Assembly (NCBI GenBank): GCA_002269645.1
Contig: NIVC01001895.1
Location: forward strand, 60,772-124,771
DNA: 64,000 nt
DNA from: Macrostomum lignano
Lineage: Eukaryota
Reading direction: 5' to 3'
Part shown: positions 60,401 through 64,000 of the stretch, piece after piece
Layout of the letters: each line of letters opens with the position of its first letter
Numbering within the stretch: position 1 is the first letter of the stretch
Program-made: the position numbers and the translations under genes
The notes under the pieces: generated by a model
What the model was told of the DNA's origin: nothing
Database searches by the model: none
Seen by the model: the letters and a program-made list of their open reading frames with translations, nothing else

Positions 60401-61471
60401 TATCTTACCTCAGTTTTCATGATGTGTTTTTTATGCTGTTCCATTGTCGAGCAAAGATAACAGAATGGATTCTCTGAAAGGAAATATTTGGAGTCAATTT
60501 TACTTCATTTGATTCAATATGGAAATATGAAATATGGTTGTAGATGTCATTCTTAACGATAGCTTTCGCCCCCTCTGTAGCTACACCCCGTTAAATGAAA
60601 ATAAAAAAGGCATGAAAATCCCCCAGTCACCCTCGTATCGGCGCGCCGGTAGGCCGTCCTCGTACTCGCCAGGCCTGGCCGGCGCGGTGAACAGGCGGCC
60701 GTTGCTGTCGGGCTCCATACGGGTGAACATCACCGCCAAGTTTCGCGGATCGGACGACTTGGCCAGCCGGTGGATTTCTCCGTCGGCTAAAATGTTTTAT
60801 TTTGTTTTGAATGACACAAAATAAATATATTTTGATAATTGACACAAAAATTGAAAAAAATTATTATGTTTTGGCATAGCGAATAATTTATAAAAAATTA
60901 TAGATTACGAATTCATATGTAAATCAATAATGTATTTGAGTCATCTTATCTGTCATTAGTAATATTTTCAATCTCAACCAAAACAATAATTTAACTTTAT
61001 GGAACATTAAACCATTATTGAAATTCATTTTGTATTGGACAGACTAAACTGTTATTTTTTAGAGCCAAAAATAAAAATTTAATGTGAAGCTATATATCAT
61101 CATTCACACCAGTTAAGTATAATTAATTAAGGATATGCAGAAACTTCTTATTTCTCCTAAGAAATAACCTTCTTTTGAGACAAATTATAGATGATAACTA
61201 AATTTGTCAAGATGAGATTTAGGTTTATCAGTATTTGTGAAAGATTGAAAGCACCTGCAAATTCAATAAAAAATATACTACATAGCAACAGGGGAGTTAC
61301 CATTAGAAAGTACTCACTCTGAGATTGCTTAATAGTTTCGTCATATTCTTTCATCTTCTCAAGTTCGTCGACATGATCCTTCAGAAGGTCCAGATATAGC
61401 TGATTGTCTTTACAAAAATCCGTTAAATTATCTGAATATAACTGGACTTTACGCTGCCTACTAAGCTCCAT
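48455..61471 (-). CDS. Triple PLAT/LH2-domain protein (LOXHD1-like domains) with a long basic, RS-like tail, about 1207 aa. Exons: 61471-61318, 60786-60631, 60473-60409, 60123-59971, 59696-59430, 59083-58728, 58590-58525, 58151-57997, 57911-57727, 56617-56534, 50437-48455
   Basis: All ten introns are GT-AG and phase-consistent. Three PLAT starts ([35 protein letters not shown]...[13 protein letters not shown]), with WFVDQV and WYMDG|IVV strands. The 5' end could extend further upstream. Confidence 0.8.
48612..49030 (-). repeat. Coding 42-bp repeat, about 10 copies, encoding ([14 protein letters not shown])n
   Basis: In frame within the last exon of the PLAT gene. Confidence 0.9.
50489..50751 (-). 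mobile_element. tRNA-derived SINE, family 1
   Basis: Reverse complement of 37674-37975, with an internal deletion. Confidence 0.85.
51350..52590 (-). mobile_element. Degenerate THAP-domain / P-element-like transposase remnant
   Basis: Across frameshifts: CCAPTC, HKLPKD, KRW, VCS/LHF and DAIP (THAP C2CH signature), then a coiled coil, [12 protein letters not shown] and RLATLFFD. Confidence 0.55.
51768..52030. repeat. 40-bp minisatellite inside the transposase remnant
   Basis: Period 40 (GGATTGCCGCTGCAGCCGCTTGATTTGCCTGTCGCTTTCG). Confidence 0.92.
53215..56198. repeat. Telomere-like (TTCGGG)n/(TTTGGG)n array with 126/132-bp higher-order units
   Basis: Direct reading; GAATTC marks at 53553, 53685, 53811, 54303, 54435, 54567, 54693, 54825 and 54957. 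Confidence 0.96.
56723..56820 (+). mobile_element. 3' fragment of SINE family 2
   Basis: GAATGGGCAGTAATGCCTCTCGCCGGTTGTG...GTGCGCCAG matches the reverse complement of about 26650-26715. Confidence 0.7.
58230..58500. repeat. AAGTAC-based degenerate tandem repeat in a PLAT gene intron
   Basis: Direct reading. Confidence 0.85.
59140..59345. repeat. 16-bp degenerate minisatellite (TTCACAAACTACACAA)
   Basis: Direct reading. Confidence 0.85.
59790..59950. repeat. About 30-bp minisatellite (TGTACATTTAGAGACGAGATTTAAAAGACA)
   Basis: About five copies read directly. Confidence 0.85.
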
Positions 61472-62807
61472 ACTGTGACAATGTTATTTTATAATTTTAC
61501 AGAACTTAATAATTCATTTGACTATCAAATCGCGTACAGTGACAAATAGTGTAGGTAATAGCTACCGTAAAATTGGTGAATGTTTTAAAAGTTAAAACAG
61601 TGAATCAAACATTGATGTATTAGCAATGAACAAATACTTATCTGAATTAAATTTTTGTTCAAGTGAATTTCAGCTTTCAACATGATTTGTTTAGTAAAAA
61701 ATCTGTGATCAACCACAAGCAAATATATAACTGGTAACTTTTGTTAAAACTTATTTACCTGTCATGATTTTAGTGGCCCGGACAACTCTTGATGAATGGA
61801 TAGTCAAAACCTAGGAAAAATTGAATGAGTGTATATTTTATATATCAGAAGTAAGGACGTTTCTCGTCTACTAAAGTCTACCTAATAGATCGACCTAATC
61901 TTTATATTTTTACGTAGTTTTCCTTTCGGACTTCACAATATACATGTACACAGGTGCTGAAGTACAAAAGAACGCGACACAGATAAAACTCCCATTCAGT
62001 GCTATGCGTAAAATCATCTTAGAAAATGGAAACAACTCGACTCATTGATTTTGAGAGCTCATTATATCATTCTGTTACCCATTTTTTACTAGTCATCAAG
62101 CTGAGAATGATAATATAGATTCATTTAAACCAATGAGATCACCTGTGCTATTTTTATGATTTATAGGCATGTGTTATACACTGTACATGTGCAATATTGT
62201 ACGTAAATTTTTTATTATATAAACATAGAATTAGTATTTTCTATACGAAAAGCTTTATGACTATCAATATAGAGCTATAATAAAAAGTAAGTATATATAA
62301 TATCAAAAGATAAACATTGGGTCTCTTGTATTAAAAGCAATTTTTGTGTTGAAAAAGAAAAGCCTTCTACTATCTCCGTAAATGCATTTATAGTCGTTTT
62401 CACGACAAACCTCAAAAAACAAACTACACGTACATAATGTATATGAATAGCATTGGGCATAGGCTATAAGACTCATGTATATTTATTAGATTCGCCATGT
62501 TTTGTCAGTCGGCCATTACGTAACTGCAAATAAATTTAAAACAACATTCTACAGTACATGTACATACATGAAAAATGTATAAAAGTTTACACATCGATCA
62601 GTGCTTTCTCACTGAAATTGCCACCTGCTGCAAGTGTAAAAAAGTAAAACAAAATATAAAGAAAAATATAAAAAATAGAAATTGGTACACAGTATAGGTA
62701 AAATTAGTGTAATAAAGGCTAGAAAAAAGTACACACAGTACTCCTCAATTTAAGTTCTGTATAAAAGCGCCTATGTACATGCACATTGTACAGAAGGTTC
62801 CAGAGCA

Positions 62808-63029
62808 TTAAGTCTTGGCCAGCTTCATCGGCCGGGGCACGTGACCGGCTGGCGGCTGTCTCGACTTCGGCCCCATCCGAGCGGGAACCATCGGCTGTGG
62901 CGGCGGCCGCGGCTTCGGTGGCGGCGGACGCGGCGGTGGCACCCGTTTCGGCTTCGCCTTGCCTTTCAGCTTGAACCTCAGCTCTGAAGATCGATGGGTT
63001 GATACAGAGGCAGCTGCAGTGGAGATTTC
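62808..63029 (-). CDS. Probable terminal exon of an upstream gene (proline-rich, 73 aa plus stop)
   Basis: GC-rich island after a CAG acceptor, reading EISTAAA...PPPRPPPPKPRPPP...KLAKT-stop. An alternative frame is also open. Confidence 0.4.
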   Translation of the reverse strand, partial: EISTAAASVSTHRSSELRFKLKGKAKPKRVPPPRPPPPKPRPPPQPMVPARMGPKSRQPPAGHVPRPMKLAKT

Positions 63030-63107
63030 CTGATGCAGTATGACACTCGGTTGAGACTTAATTTATAACCTTTTGCATATTATTGGGGTATTATGAACCA
63101 TTGTTAT

Positions 63108-63425
63108 TGGGGTTGTAGCCAAGTGGTTTGATCGAGTGTCGGACTCACGACTGAAAGGTCGGCGGTTCGATTCTCGACCCATTTGGAACAGTTTTAGCCC
63201 TTGAGCAAGACACTTAACTCAGCATAAATATTGCTCCAGTTCACCCAGCTGTAAAATGGGTGCCAGCATTAGCTGGGGTAATTAAGGGTGTGTGAGGGGA
63301 CCCCCCCCAATCCTCCTTGGACTGAACAGCCGTACGCTGCCTTCAGATGCGCCGCGCAATAGCTGCGACTGAGCTGTCGGTTGCACATCTGCCCGTTAGG
63401 ACAGGTGTAAACAATTATTATTGGG
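63108..63425 (+). mobile_element. tRNA-derived SINE, family 1
   Basis: Full-length copy matching 37674-37975. Confidence 0.88.
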
Positions 63426-64000
63426 GAAACAGCAGGGTATTATTGGGGTATTGTGAGAAACAGCAGGGTATTATTGGGGGGTATCGAGGGAAACAGCAGG
63501 GTATTATTGGGGTATCGAGGGAAACAGCAGGGTATTATTGGGGGTATCGAGGGAAACAGCAGGGTATTATTGGGGGTATCGAGGGAAACAGCAGGGTATT
63601 ATTGGGGTATCGAGGGAAACAGCAGGGTATTATTGGGGTATCGAGGGAAACAGCAGGGTATTATTGGGGTATCGAGGGAAACAGCAGGGTATTATTGGGG
63701 GTATCGAGGGAAACAGCAGGGTATTATTGGGGGTATCGAGGGAAACAGCAGGGTATTATTGGGGGTATCGAGGGAAACAGCAGGGTATTATTGGGGGTAT
63801 CGAGGGAAACAGCAGGGTATTATTGGGGGTATCGAGGGAAACAGCAGGGTATTATTGGGGGTATCGGGGGGAACAGCAGGGTATTATTGGGGGTATCGAG
63901 GGAAACAGCAGGGTATTATTGGGGGGTATCGAGGGAAACAGCAGGGTATTATTGGGGGGTATCGGGGAGAAACAGCAGGGTATTATTGGGGTATCGAGGG
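63420..64000. repeat. About 31-32-bp minisatellite (GGGAAACAGCAGGGTATTATTGGGGGTATCGA), running off the window end
   Basis: Direct reading. Confidence 0.94.

Overview
Eukaryotic, satellite-rich genomic DNA with GC-rich exons and GT-AG introns. The style suggests an invertebrate such as the flatworm Macrostomum; this is an impression, not proven. All recognisable genes lie on the minus strand. From right to left they are: a probable terminal exon of an upstream gene (62.8-63.0 kb), an 11-exon triple-PLAT/LH2 protein with a long basic tail (48455-61471), two intact intronless EF-hand rhomboid proteases plus two relics (27.4-39.8 kb), a six-exon proton-activated chloride channel homologue (PACC1/TMEM206-like, 14976-26239), and a two-exon DTWD2 (4744-9020). 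The PAC-like gene is not visible as a single ORF, and its first coding exon is split by a hAT insertion carrying a nested Tc1/mariner. The remainder is about 20 tandem repeats, tRNA-derived SINEs, MITEs (one carrying a 28S rRNA-like fragment), and decayed Gypsy, RTE-like and P-element-like remnants. Most long ORFs in the track are artefacts of tandem repeats. All alignments were done by eye against recalled family sequences.
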